From: the human T2T-CHM13v2.0 reference genome, Homo sapiens
Direction: 5' to 3' (one strand)
Assembly: GCF_009914755.1 (NCBI RefSeq)
Contig: NC_060927.1
DNA: 64,000 nucleotides
The notes under the pieces are model-generated. The model saw only the letters and a program-made list of their open reading frames with translations, had not been told where the DNA came from and did no database searches. Of this stretch, positions 27,601-43,973 are shown piece after piece. The translations under genes and the position numbers were made by a program. Numbering within the stretch: position 1 is the first letter of the stretch; the number at the start of each line of letters is the position of its first letter.

Positions 27601-28081
27601 CTGATATTATTCCCATGTGACAGCTGAGGAAACTGAGGCATGGAGTGTGCACACAGTCATCTAGCTCCTAAGTTGTGGAGCTGGTATTTGAACCTAGGAA
27701 GTTTGATTCTTGAGCTCATTCTTTCAGTCACTCTGCTGTTATTTATAATTTTGTAGCCATCTCTGTTCAAAAGGGATTTTAGGTGATTTATAATATAACC
27801 TGGTGCACAGTAAGCAAACTAAAAATAAAGTTCAAAGTGAAAGAGAGAACAGAAACAGAAAAGCAAGCAGACATTTATGGCAAGAATTCAAGATGGGAAA
27901 TCACTGAACTTGAGCCCTAATTTTTATCGATTTTTTTTTAAAAAAAGTGTGAAATTGTCAAGTTACAATCTTATTGCTCTTTGTGTGTTTATCAGGAGAC
28001 ACATGCTGCTTCCGTATACTGAATTCTATAAGGAAATTTGTTGTTTACTCCCTGATATGAACTGTGATGTAATGCATAAGA

Positions 28082-28626
28082 TGCATTAGCTTTCTAGGGC
28101 TACTATAACAATTGACAGAAAAATTGGTGTTTTAAAACAACAGAAATTTACTTTTTTTCACATTTCTGGAGGCCAGAGGTCCAAAATCAAGGTGCTGTCA
28201 GGGTTGGTTCCTTCTGGAGGCTGTAGGGGAGACTCCATTCCATGCCTCTCTCTCAGTTCCTGGTGGTTGCAGGCAATCTTTGGCATTCCCTGGGTTGCAT
28301 TACTTCAATCTCAGCCTTCATCTTCATATGTGTCTTTGTGTCTCAAAACTCCCTCTCCTTCCTCTTATAAGGACATCAGTCATTGGATCAAGGCCCCAGC
28401 CTAAATCTGTGTCTTTGTGTCTCAAAACTCCCTCTCCTTCCTCTTATAAGAACATCAGTCATTGGATCAAGGCCCCAGCCTAAATCCAAGATGATCTCAT
28501 CTTGAGATCTTTAGTTTAATTCCATTTGCAAAGACCTCATTTCCAGTAAATAAGGTCACATTCATAGTTACCAGGGGTTAGGACTTGGATGTAACATTTT
28601 TGGATGCCACTATTCAACACACTCTA
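28082..28626 (-). mobile_element. MLT1 (B/C-like) MaLR solo LTR with an internal 79-bp tandem duplication
   Basis: GCATTAGCTTTCTAGGGCTACTATAACAA...AAAACAACAGAAATTTA...TCTGGAGGCCAGAGGTCCAAAATCAAGGTG...AATAAGGTCACATTC. Confidence 0.85.
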
Positions 28627-29300
28627 GAAGGCATTTAATAGCAATTCTGCAAAAAATAATTAGAAGGGGTTCTTTTACGGCTGTTTCTCACAGTGATAAA
28701 GCCAAGGGTAGAGTTTTGCTTTGATTGCAATTTAACTCACTTGAGATGGGTAGTTCCATCTTGTTTGGAGGGGTTTGCCTGTCCTCCAGAAAGGGCTCCT
28801 GAATTGAATGTCTTGTCAGCTATGTATCTTTGGTGGACAGAACTTCACTTGGAGTCAGGTGATTCACAGGACTCCTGGTATGAAGCGGAGTTTTTGTCTT
28901 GGACCCATTGATGGGAGGCTGCCTAATCTAGTACAGAAGTCCCTAACTTGGGCACAAGTGAGAATCACCAGGGGAGATTTTGCAAAAACACATGCCACAG
29001 TTGCACGCAAGGCAAATGAAGATGACTCTCTGACCTCTATTGTCCCTTCCCCTGTATTGACTTTCTAATGGGAATCTCCATTTGTGATGGGGTGGTTGGG
29101 ATCACCCGTTCCAGGCTGTTGCTGGTTTCCTTTCAGTCCAGTGGCATGGGGAAGGGGAGAGGGGGTACATGATCTGTTAAAGTAAGAGTGGCCTTGAGAT
29201 TCTATTTGGATTTGCTTTCATGGCTCCTTTCCAAAAAAGAACACATTTGTTCCTCTCTGAACTTTAATATCTTCATCTGTAAAGTAGGGTAAGCCAATTC

Positions 29301-29588
29301 ATTTATTATTTTTTGAGACAGGGTCTCGCTCTTTTGCCCAGGCTGGAGTGCAGTGGTGCTATCTTCACTCACTGCAGCCTTGACCTCCTGGGCTCAAGAG
29401 ATTCTCTCACCTCAGCTTCCTGAGTAGCAGGGACTACAGGCATGCACTACCATACCAGGCTAATTTTTGTAGAGACGGGGTTTTGCCATGTTGCCCAGGC
29501 TGATCTTGAACTCCTGAGCTCAAGTGAGCCACCTGCCTCAGTCTCTCAAAGTGCTGGGATTACAGGCATGAGCCACTGTGCCCAGCCT
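29301..29588 (-). mobile_element. Alu (AluJ-like) inserted in a MIR
   Basis: Reverse Alu with AluJ-type CTCACTGCAGCCTTGACCTCCTGGGCTCAAG; MIR core sequence on both sides. Confidence 0.88.
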
Positions 29589-30333
29589 GAGCAAGGCAAT
29601 TTAACTCATAGAATTGTTATAAAGATTAAATGACACATCATATGTAAAATACTCCACACAGCATCTGACAGATGTGGAGGAAGAGAGAACTGTACTAAGG
29701 GCATTGTTGTTTGTTCCAGGTCATTGGTGTGCCAGGGATTTCTGGTAATGATCACTCTTCAGTGGAGGAGAACAAGAAATAAACAATCACTGTGGCTCCT
29801 CTCTCCAGAACTTATGGAGAAAAGCCCCGACCACCTGGCCTTCTCTTCGCTTCTTGACAAAGTTACTGATTTCACCTTTGTTCTTCAGTGATCGCTGTTC
29901 TCCAGGAGAAAAAGCTATTTGTTTAATGAGACTCCTATGTCCTGCTGGAAAAGTGAATATTGAGAAGGGGGGCCTTAGGAAGCTCTGGTGAAAACCCAGG
30001 GCTTCTAATTAAGCCAGGTCTTCTGCTCACCCAAAGACCCAGCCTGGACTTCAGAACAAATCACCTGAAGCCTGCATATTTCAATAATTTAATAGGACAG
30101 ATTTCCCAGGCGTGTTTTGAGGGCAGGAGGTCATTTTCAAGTAAGAATTTTCCCAGAAGTAACAAGCATATCTTTACACTGGGCCTTTCTTAGTTGAAGT
30201 TCATTATGGAAACAGCAATTCTTCTAAAATATTATCTACCCAAGGACTGGCATGCAAAGTCTTCCAGGATCTAGTCCCGGCCTACCTTCCAGATGAAACC
30301 ATTGTCTACTGAACCTTCTATGCTCTAGCCATG

Positions 30334-30692
30334 TGTATTAGTCTCCTTGGGCTGCCATAACAAAATACATAGACTGGGTGGCTTAAGCAACAGAAGTTTA
30401 TTTTCTCACAGTTCCGGATGCTAAAAGCCCGAGATGAAAGTGCCAGTTTTTTGTGAGGGCTCCGTTTTTCGCTTGTAGGCAGCCACAATGTGTCCTCACA
30501 TGGCCTCTCCTTTATTACAGCTCTCTGGTGTCTCTTCTCATTTGGACAATAATCCCATTAAATCAGGGCCCCACCTTTATGACCTCATTTAGTCTTAATT
30601 ACTTCCTTCCTTACTCTTATTACAGCCACAAATGGAGGAGTTAGTTTTTCAACATATGAATACTTGGGAGGACACAACATTCAGTCCATAAC
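30334..30692 (-). mobile_element. MLT1A-like MaLR solo LTR
   Basis: TGTATTAGTC...GGGCTGCCATAACAAAATACATAGACTGGGTGGCTTAAGCAACAGAAG...ACATTCAGTCCATAACA. Confidence 0.85.
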
Positions 30693-31459
30693 ACCAAGCT
30701 GCGGATCCTCACACAGGACTTGGGCTCTTCTACTGCCAGGGCTTGGCTCCACCCATTTCCTTGACCTGGAATGGCTTTTGCCCGGTGAATTCGTATTCCA
30801 ACTCTCTCTGCTACAGATGCCATCTCCTCCACAAAGTGTTCTCCATCTCCTTCCCCATTCCTCCCCCAGTTGGAAGCGAAAGTTCTCCTGGCTTTTTTCA
30901 GGTTTACATAGGATTTCTTTTCTCTATTTCTCTCCTTGTATTCTTGTCCTGGCCCACTATCTAGGCTGTGGCTTTCACTTCTGGCTGTGCAGAGTTATTT
31001 TAGAGATTTTAAAAGTTCCAATGCTAAGCCCAATTCCAGACCTCCTGAAGAAGAATCTCTGATGATGGGGCCCAGGATCACATGTCTTAAGGATGGGACC
31101 GTATTAATATGTGGCAATGAGGGAGTGAAAGCAACTGCACTAGCAGCAAACTCTGTGGGAATGTCATCCTTGCAGAGACAACATGGTGCCTTTCTGTGCT
31201 TGGTATTATTTCTTAGCTCTTTGCTGACATCTTCTTTAGTGGTACATTTCCTAGACCACCTGTCCACCAGGGTTCTGGGTGCAAGTTTGGCTCTGCCAAT
31301 GAGATGCACTGTGTGCTCATCTCAATTTTGTGGACCCTGGGGGACAGCAGACAAACTTAGCAATAGGTCATCAAAGAGAAAGAAGAAATCCTATTTATTG
31401 AACTCCAGTGAAGTGCTGGAAGTTGTGCTAGATGCTTTACAATACTTTATTTTGTTGGG

Positions 31460-31978
31460 GTGGTAAAATATACATAACATAAAATTCACCATTTTAACAA
31501 CTCTAAATTGTACAATTAAGTGGCATTTAGGACGTTGACAATGTCGTACATTTATTACCACTATCTAGTTCAAAAACATTTGCTTCATCTCAAAAGCAAA
31601 TCCGGTTCCTATTAAGAAGTCACTTCCCTCTACTCCGAGCCCCTGGCAGCCACTAATCTGCTTTCTGTCTTGATGGATTTGCCTATTCTTGTCATTTTAT
31701 ATAAATAGTGATATACACTATGTAGTATTTTATGTCTGGCTTCTCTCACTTAACATATTGTTTTCAAGGTTCACCCATGTTGTAGCATGAGCCGGCACTT
31801 CATTCCTTTTTATAATGAAATAATATTCCATTTTATGGATACACCACATTTTGTTAATTCATTTACTGGTTGATAGACATTTGGGTTGTTTCCACCTATT
31901 GGCTATTGTGAATGGTGCTGCTATGAGTATTTATGTGTAAGTTTTTGTTTGAATATCTTTTTCTCAATTCTTTTTTTT
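31460..31978 (-). mobile_element. Old L1M (L1MB-like) 3' fragment
   Basis: GGTAAAATATACATAACATAAAATTCACCATTTT...CCCTGGCAGCCACTAATCTGCTTTCTGTC...GACATTTGGGTTGTTTCCAC. Confidence 0.75.
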
Positions 31979-32029
31979 ACATACTTTTAAAAGCAGATCT
32001 TATTTGACAAATAAAGAAATTACATCTTG

Positions 32030-32430
32030 CTGATGAATGGATGAAGAAAATGTGTTACATATACACCATGGAATACTACTCAGTTATAAAAAGAAATGAA
32101 ATAATGTCTCTTGCAGCAACTTGGATGGAGCTAGAGGCCATTATTGTAAGTGAAGCAACTCAGGAATGGAAAAGCAAATATTGTATGTTCTCACTCATAA
32201 GTGAGAGCTAAGCTATGAGGACACAAAGGCATAAGAGTGATATAATGGACTTTGGGGACTCAGGAAGGGAGGCTTGGAGGGGGTTGAGGGATAAAAGACT
32301 ACATATTGGGTATAGTGTACACTGCTTGGGTGACAGGTGCACTAATATCTCAGACACAGACATCACCACTAAAAAATCTTATCCCCATAACCAAAAACCA
32401 CCTGTACCCCAAAAAGTATTGAAATAAATA
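32030..32430 (+). mobile_element. 5'-truncated L1 (L1PB/L1MA-like) 3' end inserted in a MIR
   Basis: GATGAATGGATGAAGAAAATGTG...CACCATGGAATACTACTCAG...AATAAA; degenerate TSD AAAGAAATTA(CA/GG)TCTTG at 32013-32029 and 32431-32447. Confidence 0.82.
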
Positions 32431-32924
32431 AAAGAAATTAGGTCTTGGAGATATTGTTTAAGTTATATAGCTGCTATGTGACAGAGCTGGAATATGAATG
32501 AAGGTTTCTGACTCCAGATTCTGGGCTCTCTCCACCACACTATAAGCTGCTTTTGTGAAGTCAGACCTCAGTTGTCTCCTATGGTAACTTTGAAATTATG
32601 TTTTCTTATTTTCTGTTCTCAACATTGGAGAACTCCTTTTTGGCATCCAAGACATTTTGTGTTTGACATGAGCTTGTTCTCTCTTTGACTTTCTTTCTTT
32701 CTTTTTTTTTAATTTTATTATTATACTTTAAGTTTTAGGGTACATGTGCACAATGTGCAGGTTTGTTACATATGTATACATGTGCCATGTTGGTGTGCTA
32801 CACCCATTAACTCGTCATTTAGCATTAGGTATATCTCCTAATGCTATCCCTCCCCCCTCCCCCCACCCCACAACAGTCCCCAGAGTGTGATGTTCCCCTT
32901 CCTGTGTCCATGTGTTCTCATTGT

Positions 32925-36743
<3,819 letters not shown>

Positions 36744-36791
36744 TTATTTTGCTCGTTAGTTGATGCAGTTTCTTCCTAGCCTTGATGGTCT

Positions 36792-37800
36792 TTACAATTT
36801 GGCATGTTTTTGCAGTGGCTGGTACCAGTTGTCCTTTCCATGTTTAGCGCTTCCTTCAGGAGCTCTTTTAGGGCAGGCCTGGTGGTGACAAAATCTCTCA
36901 GCATTTGCTTGTCTGTAAAGTATTTTATTTCTCCTTCACTTATGAAACTTAGTTTGGCCGGATATGAAATTCTGGGTTGAAAAGTCTTTTCTTTAAGAAT
37001 GTTGAATATTGGCCCTCACTCTCTTCTGGCTTGTAGAGTTTCTGCTGAGAGATCTGCTGTTAGTCTGATGGGCTTCCCTTTGTGGGTAACCCGACCTTTG
37101 TCTCTGGCTGCCCTTAACATTTTTTCCATTTCAACTTTGGTGAATCTGACAATTATGTGTCTTGGAGTTGCTCTTCTCGAGGAGTATCTTTGTGGCGTTC
37201 TCTGTATTTCCTGAATCTGAATGTTGGCCTGCCTTGCTAGATTGGGGAAGTTCTCCTGGATAATATCCTGCAGAGTGTTTTCCAACTTGGTTCCATTCTC
37301 CCCGTCACTTTTAGATACACCAATCAGACGTAGATTTGGTCTTTTCACATAGTCCCATATTTCTTGGAGGCTTTGTTGGTTTCTTTTTATTCTTTTTTCT
37401 CTAAACTTCCCTTCTCACTTCATTTCATTCATTTCATCTTCCATCACTGATACCTTTTCTTCCAGTTGATCGCATCGGCTCCTGAGGCTTCTGCATTCTT
37501 CAGGTAGTTCTCAAGCCTTGGCTTTCAGCTCCATCAGCTCCTTTAAGGACTTCTCTGCATTGATTATTCTAGTTATACATTCATCTAATTTTTTTCAAAG
37601 TTTTCAACTTCTTTGCCATTGGTTTGAATTTCCTCCTATAGCTCGGAGTAGTTTGATCATCTGAAGACTTCTTCTGTCAACTCGTCAAAGTCATTCTCTG
37701 TCCAGCTTTGTTCCATTGCTGGTGAGGAACTGCGTTCCTTTGGAGGAGAGGTGCTCTGCTTTTTAGAGTTTCCAGTTTTTCTGCTCTGTTTTTTCCCCAT
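36792..37800 (-). pseudogene. L1 ORF1, disrupted
   Basis: ATGGGGAAAAAACAG start at 37800; fragment 37016..37348 (KRPNLRLIGV...QARRE*) ends at a premature stop. Confidence 0.92.
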
Positions 37801-38393
37801 CTTTGTGGTTTTATCTACTTTTGGTCTTTGATGATGGCGACGTACAGATGGGTTTTTGGTGTGGATGTCCTTTCTGTTTGTTAGTTTTCCTTGTAACAGA
37901 CAGGACCCTCAGCTGCAGGTTTGTTGGAGTTTGCTAGAGGTCCACTCCAGACCCTATTTGCCTGGGTATCAGCAGTGGTGGCTGCAGAACAGCGGTGGTT
38001 GTAGAACAGCGGATTTTGGTGAACCGCAAATGCTGCTGCCTGATCGTTCCTCTGGAAGTTTTGTCTCAGAGGAGTACCCGGCTGTGTGAAGTGTCAGTCT
38101 GCCCCTACTGGGGGGTACCTCCCAGTTAGGCTGCTCGGGGGTCAGGGACCCACTTGAGGAGGCAGTCTGCCCGTTCTCAGATCTCCAGCTGCGTGCTGGG
38201 AGAACCACTACTCTCTTCAAAGCTGTCAGACAGGAACATTTAAGTCTGCAGAGGTTACTGCTGTCTTTTTGTTTGTCTGTGCCCTGCCCCCAGAGGTGGA
38301 GCCTACAGAGGCAGGCAGGCTTCCTTGAGCTGTGGTGGGCTCCACCCAGTTTGAGCTTCCCAGCTGCTTTGTTTACCTAACCAAGCCTAGGCA

Positions 38394-38648
38394 ATGGCAG
38401 GCACCCCTCCCCCAGCCTTGCTGCCACTTTGCAGTTTGATCTCAGACTGCTGTGCTAGCAATCAGCGAGACTCCATGGGCATAGGACTCTCTGAGCCATG
38501 TGTGGGATATAATCTCCTGGTGTGCTGTTTTTTAAGCCCGTTGGAAAAGCACAGTATTAGGGTGGGAGTGACCCAATTTTCCAGGTGCCATCTGTCACCC
38601 CTTTCTTTGACTAGGAAAGGGAACTCCCTGACCCCTTGCACTTCCTGA
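38394..38648 (+). CDS. ORF0: LINE-1 antisense ORF0 homologue (84 aa, open)
   Basis: MAGTPPPALLPLCSLISDCCASNQRDSMGIGLSEP...IRVGVTQFSRC matches primate L1 ORF0; antisense within the 5'UTR; good Kozak context GCAATGG; expression not shown. Confidence 0.65.
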   Translation: MAGTPPPALLPLCSLISDCCASNQRDSMGIGLSEPCVGYNLLVCCFLSPLEKHSIRVGVTQFSRCHLSPLSLTRKGNSLTPCTS

Positions 38649-41600
38649 TTGAGGCAATGTCTCGCCCTGCTTCAGCTCATGCATGGTGCGTTGCACCCAC
38701 TGTCCTGCACCCACTCTCTGGCACTCCCTAGTGAGATGAACCCGGTACCTCAGATGGAAATGCAGAAATCACCCGTCTTCTGCGTCGCTCACGCTAGGAG
38801 CTGTAGACTGGAGCTGTTCCTATTCAGCCATCTTGGCTCCACCAAACTCTGACTTCCTTTCTGTTCCAGAGGAGTAGCCAGCCTTGAATTTATCAGGTAA
38901 GATTTATGTGAATAGCTCCTGAATACTTTATTATTTCAAAGTGCCCAAGGCATTGTTATTCTTAAAAATTTGCAAATATGCACCCCGAATAGCCATTATG
39001 ATAAATAGTACCTCCTTCATCATGATCAATGTGCCTTTCCCCCCGGAATCAAATCTTTATTATGCTTACCAGGGTGGATGTAGAATTTATAGGTCTTTCC
39101 TTTTATAATGAGTCAAGCATTAATGACAAAAAGAAAATGTTGGAGTTATTGTCATCTTGAGACTTGAGAAAAATGTTGGCAAATTATGGGAAAAGGAAGA
39201 AAATATTAAACCTCTCAAGAAAGAGCCATGTGAAATGGTTGTTGAAGGGCCTAACAGTTACTGGATGCAAAGAGAAAAAACAGGGGCCCTGCTGAAGTGT
39301 AACCTGATGAGGACCAGCAAGCTTGGGCTTCCCTACAGCATGGCAGCCTTGGACTTCTCACATGGCAGCTCAGTGTCCTAAGTTGAGTATTTCAAGTCAG
39401 AGAGTCTGGCAGAAGCTGTATCACATTTTATGACTTGGTCTTGGAAGGTCACATAATGTCACATCCTCCATACTCTATTAGTTAAGGCAGTCAAAGGCCT
39501 GGTCATATTCAAGTAGAGGGAATGTCTAGCTTCCCTCCATGTCTTGGTGGGGATGTGGCAAAGTTCTTCTGCAAGAGCATGTGGGTTGATATTGTTAAAA
39601 CCATTTTTGGAAAATGCAACCTGTCATAATAACTAAGGTGTTTTTTGAAATTTACATTTTCTGTTCTTCTCTCTTGCTTCCTCAAGATCCTCCACACTAT
39701 AGTAAGAATGATGGTGGGAAACATCAATGGAGGGAGAGAGAGGACAGACAAGCACAATAAGTGCAAACCCTAATTATGAGGGCATAGAGTCAGAATGTTT
39801 ATTAACTCATTCATTCTTTCAACAAATATTTACTGAGTGCCTGCTATGTGCCAGATACTGTTATCAGACACTGTAATAAGCATATCAGTGATCAAAACAG
39901 ACATAGATTATTGCCCTCATGTAGTCTCCATTCTAGTAGAAGAGTTACTAACCAAGCTCAATGTGCCAGGCTCTGTTCTCAGCACTTTACACATGTGATC
40001 TTATTTAAACCCCTCAGCAAGTCTATGAAGTAGGTAACAATTAAGTCCCCTATTTTACTTGAGCACAGAGAGGAGGAGTCACTTGCTCAAGGTCACACAG
40101 CTATCTGGAGGCAGAGTCGTGATGTACATCCAGGTGTTTTTTTCTGGCTCCAGAGTCTCTACTCTCTATGCCATGCTGCCTCTGGATCTGCAAGGGAGCT
40201 TGCAGGTCATTTAGTTCACCCTCATTCCACAATGTGGACTCAGAGGTACCAGGTGATGAGAGGACTTGCCCACAATTAAACAGCTGATTAACATCTGGAC
40301 TGGAACTAGAATCTTATCTTTCAGAACATGACTTATATCACTGTGCCCTTAGATTATTTGGGCAGATAATTCTATGAAGGATGGGGGCTTGGCCACATCC
40401 TCATGTTTCCCCACCTTGAATGATAGTTCCCTGGGGACAAAGATGGCTTTCGCTACTGTTTTTTGATAGTCCTTCTTCTGTCCTTCACAGTTGGGATGAA
40501 GATGCCCTGCTCAAGTTTACAAGCGGTGTTTTCCAGCTCAGCACAGCTCTTCTTCCTCTGAAGGTGCATCTCCCTACCTCTTGATCATCTGTGCGGCAAA
40601 TGCTCCATGTGCATTTGGGGACCATCATCACTCTTGTCAGTTTTGTCCCTCCTCAGCCATCAGTGAGCTCAGGTGCACAGCAGTAACGGGAAATAGTACA
40701 TGGCAGTGCCTAAAGGGTTAGTGAGAGAGAGACCAGACCACACAGTCATTCCCTCTCTAGCAGCCATCTCTGCATGAGAAGTGTTGGAGGGACAGCACCA
40801 CAGGGACAGTGCTCTGTGCACCTCTCCTGTCCCAATTAGAACCATCACAGTCACCAGTGCCTCTAAACTGCAAGGGACCCACTAGGCAAAGAGAGCAGAC
40901 TGGGGCAGAAATGTCCCATCATGGGAGCTGGAGATTGGGCTGTAGAATTTCAGACTGGAAGTTAGAGTTTGGCAGGCATCCTTCTCAGATTTTCTGGAAC
41001 AGTTCCAATTTTATGCAACATAATTTTTTTAAATAATGATGACTCATTAAAAAAACTGTGATTTAATTTTTATGCATTTAATAGGACTTCTTATTTAAAT
41101 AAATTCACTAATCAACAAAACAAAAATCTTTCTCAGCACCAAGAGTAGTCACTTGAACTTCAGACATACATTCTCCTTATTTATAGATCATCCTGACTGT
41201 AAAGGAACCAAAGAATAAGTTGCTGAGGATCAACAAAATACTTGCGGGGTTGAAATCACATACTTCCCTTGACTAAAAGAGGCTTATCATCTATGGTTGT
41301 ACAGGTTGTGCACTGTACCAGGCTGCAACTGCAAGGAGTCTCTATTTGTACTGCAGACATTATTGATTTGTATGTTGAATACAACAGTTTTATGACAGAT
41401 GGGCAGATTTGTTCAGTATAATCAATATACAATATGAAGACGATTTCAAACAGAATGAAGCAATGTGCCTTGAGGAAGGAGTGCCTGTTCTAATTTTCAC
41501 AATGGTGTCCTATAAACCACTAGTGGCCTAGATTGAATGGCCAGTTCTATAAAACTCATGGGCCTGGGATTGAGAAACCAAGACTCAGAGCAGTAAGGGG

Positions 41601-41654
41601 AAAGTAGAGCAGTTACTTGCAAGACCAAGGCTAACCTGAAAGTGTATAAGGTAA

Positions 41655-41820
41655 CACATTATTGGCTACACATTAGAATCTCTTGGGGAGATTTGAAAAA
41701 TACTGATGCCTGGGTTTCACCCCTAGAGGTTCCTTTTAACTGGTCTGGGATACAGCCTGGGGTTGAGGTATTGAGGTTCTTCATGTAACCCTAATAAACA
41801 GCCAAGGTTGAGAACCACTG
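41655..41820. mobile_element. MER5A/B hAT element
   Basis: TTGGCTACACATTAGAATCTCTTGGGGAG...AAAAATACTGATGCCTGGG...CAGCCAAGGTTGAGAACCACTG. Confidence 0.7.
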
Positions 41821-42491
41821 TATTTTTTGTTGGATGGGTGACAAATGATAGATGGATGGGTGGATGACTAGATGCATGGGGTGCATAGATACGTGAATAA
41901 ATGAATGGACTAAGGAATTGGGCATAGAGTCATGGCTTGACATGTTTTCATGATCTGGTATCTGCTTATCTCCAGACACATTCTCTCTCATCTTGCCTCA
42001 GTTTCTTGCACTCCGTGCTCCAGCCATACTGAATTTCAATCAGTTTTTCTAATGTGGTGACTCTCTTACAACTCTGGCCCTTACCTTCCCTGTTCTCATT
42101 GATTAGAATGTGTTTCCTTTTTCTGTTTGCCTGACTAACTCTTACTCAGATTTCAGGCCTCTACATAAAATTTCAGGTAATTTAGTCCTGGAAGATTTCC
42201 TGGACTCCTCTAGACCCTGGTTTAGATCCTGCCATCCATGTTCCTGTGGCCTCTTGTCCTTTCCCATCAGAGCACCTATCACTTGGCATTGCCAGCTGGG
42301 CTCAGGGGAGAGGAAAAGGAAAAACCCAGTGGTTCATTTCTCATGGTCCTATGCTGCATGGCCTCATGCTGATTCAAGCATTTCAGGACAAAAACTTACT
42401 TTGACAAAATCTGTGCATCATTCATTGATGAATAAAAATATCACACCTTTGGTGGATGCCCCTCTCCCCTTATCTTCCTGTCCTGCAGTAT

Positions 42492-42904
42492 TTTCATGCA
42501 CGTCTGTGTGAAGAGACCACCAAACAGGCTTTGTGTGAGCAACATGGCTGTTTATTTCACCTGGGTGCAGGCGGGCTGAGTTCGAAAAGAGAGTCAGAGA
42601 AGGGAGATAGAGGTGGGGCCATTTTATAAGATTTGGGTAGGTAAAGGAAAATTACAGTCAAAGGGAGTTGTTCTCTGGCGGGCAGGAGTGGGGGTCACAA
42701 GGTACTCAGTGGGGGAGATTTTGAGCCAGGATGAGCCAGGAGAAGGAATTTCACAAGACAATGTCATCAGTTAAGGCAGAAACAGGCCATTTTCACTTCT
42801 TTTGTGGTGGAATGTCATCAGTTAAGGCAGGAACCAGCCATCTGGGTGTGTACCTGCAGGTCACAGGGGATATGATGGCTTAGCTTGGGCTCAGAGGCCT
42901 GACA
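42492..42904 (-). repeat. 3' LTR7 of provirus A (413 bp)
   Basis: On the minus strand TGTCAGGCCTCTGAGCCCAAG...TATAAAA...AATAAA...CATGAAA; purine-rich PPT adjacent at about 42905-42920. Confidence 0.95.
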
Positions 42905-43973
42905 TTCCTGTCTTCTTATATTAATAAGAAAAATAAAATGAAATAGTGGTAAAGGGTTGGGATGGTGAAAATTTTTTTGGGGTGGTATGGAGAGATAATG
43001 GGCGATGTTTCTCAGGGCTGCTTTGAGCAGGATTAGGGGCGGCGTGGGAACCTAGAGTGGGAGAGATTAAGCTGAAGGAAGATTTTGTGGTAAGTGGTGA
43101 TGTCGTGGGGTTGTTAGAAGAAACATTTGTCATTTAGAATTATTGGTGATGGCCTGGATACAGTTTTGTTTGAATTGAAAAACTAAATGGAATAAGAGAA
43201 GGAGAAAAACAGGTATTAAAGGACCAAGAATTGGGAGGACCTAGGACATGTAATTAGAGAGTGCCTAAGGAGACTCAGCATAGCCTTGCCAGTAAAGATT
43301 GTTTATTTACTTTAAGAGTTAAGAGTGGTGGTTTGGGGATAGCACCAGGAGATATCAGCTGTGATGGCTTGGAGAAACAGTGTAAACTGGCAGTGTAAAC
43401 AAGAGCAGGGCATGTACGAGTAGTTGAGAACAGGTGAATAAGAGTATGACTACACAGAAAATAATAGGGATGACAAGTTTTTTGGGTCACAGTTTAAGTT
43501 GGTCTGGTGTCTGGAATGAGACTGGTACCTAATAAAAAGGAGTGTCTATACAGGAGCTTAAATGGGCTGTACCTTGTAGCATTCTGAGGACAGGCCTGAA
43601 TTCTGAGAAGGGAAAGTGGTAAAAGTATTGTCCAGTCCTTTTTAAGTTGGCGGCTGAGCTTGGTGAGGTGTGTTTTTAAAAGACCTTTAGTCCATTCTAC
43701 TTTTCTTGAAGACGGAGGACCATAAGGGATATAAAGGTTTCACTGAATACTGAGAGCCTGAAAAAATGCTTGGCTGATTTGACTAATAAAGGCTGGTCCG
43801 TTATCAGACTGTATAGAGGTGGGAAGGCTAAACTGAGGATGTCTGACAGAAGGGAAGAAATGACTGTGGTGGCCTTCTCAGACCTGCAGGAAAGGCCTCT
43901 ACTTATCCAGTGAAATTGTCTACCTAGACTAAGAGGTATTTTAGTTATCTGACTCGGGGCATGTTGAGTAAAG

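Noticed and set aside
41280-41530. Possible hAT-Tip100 (Arthur-like) fossil, plus various MIR/L2/L1ME/MLT1 fragments elsewhere
   Set aside because: Too degenerate to assign boundaries or family by eye
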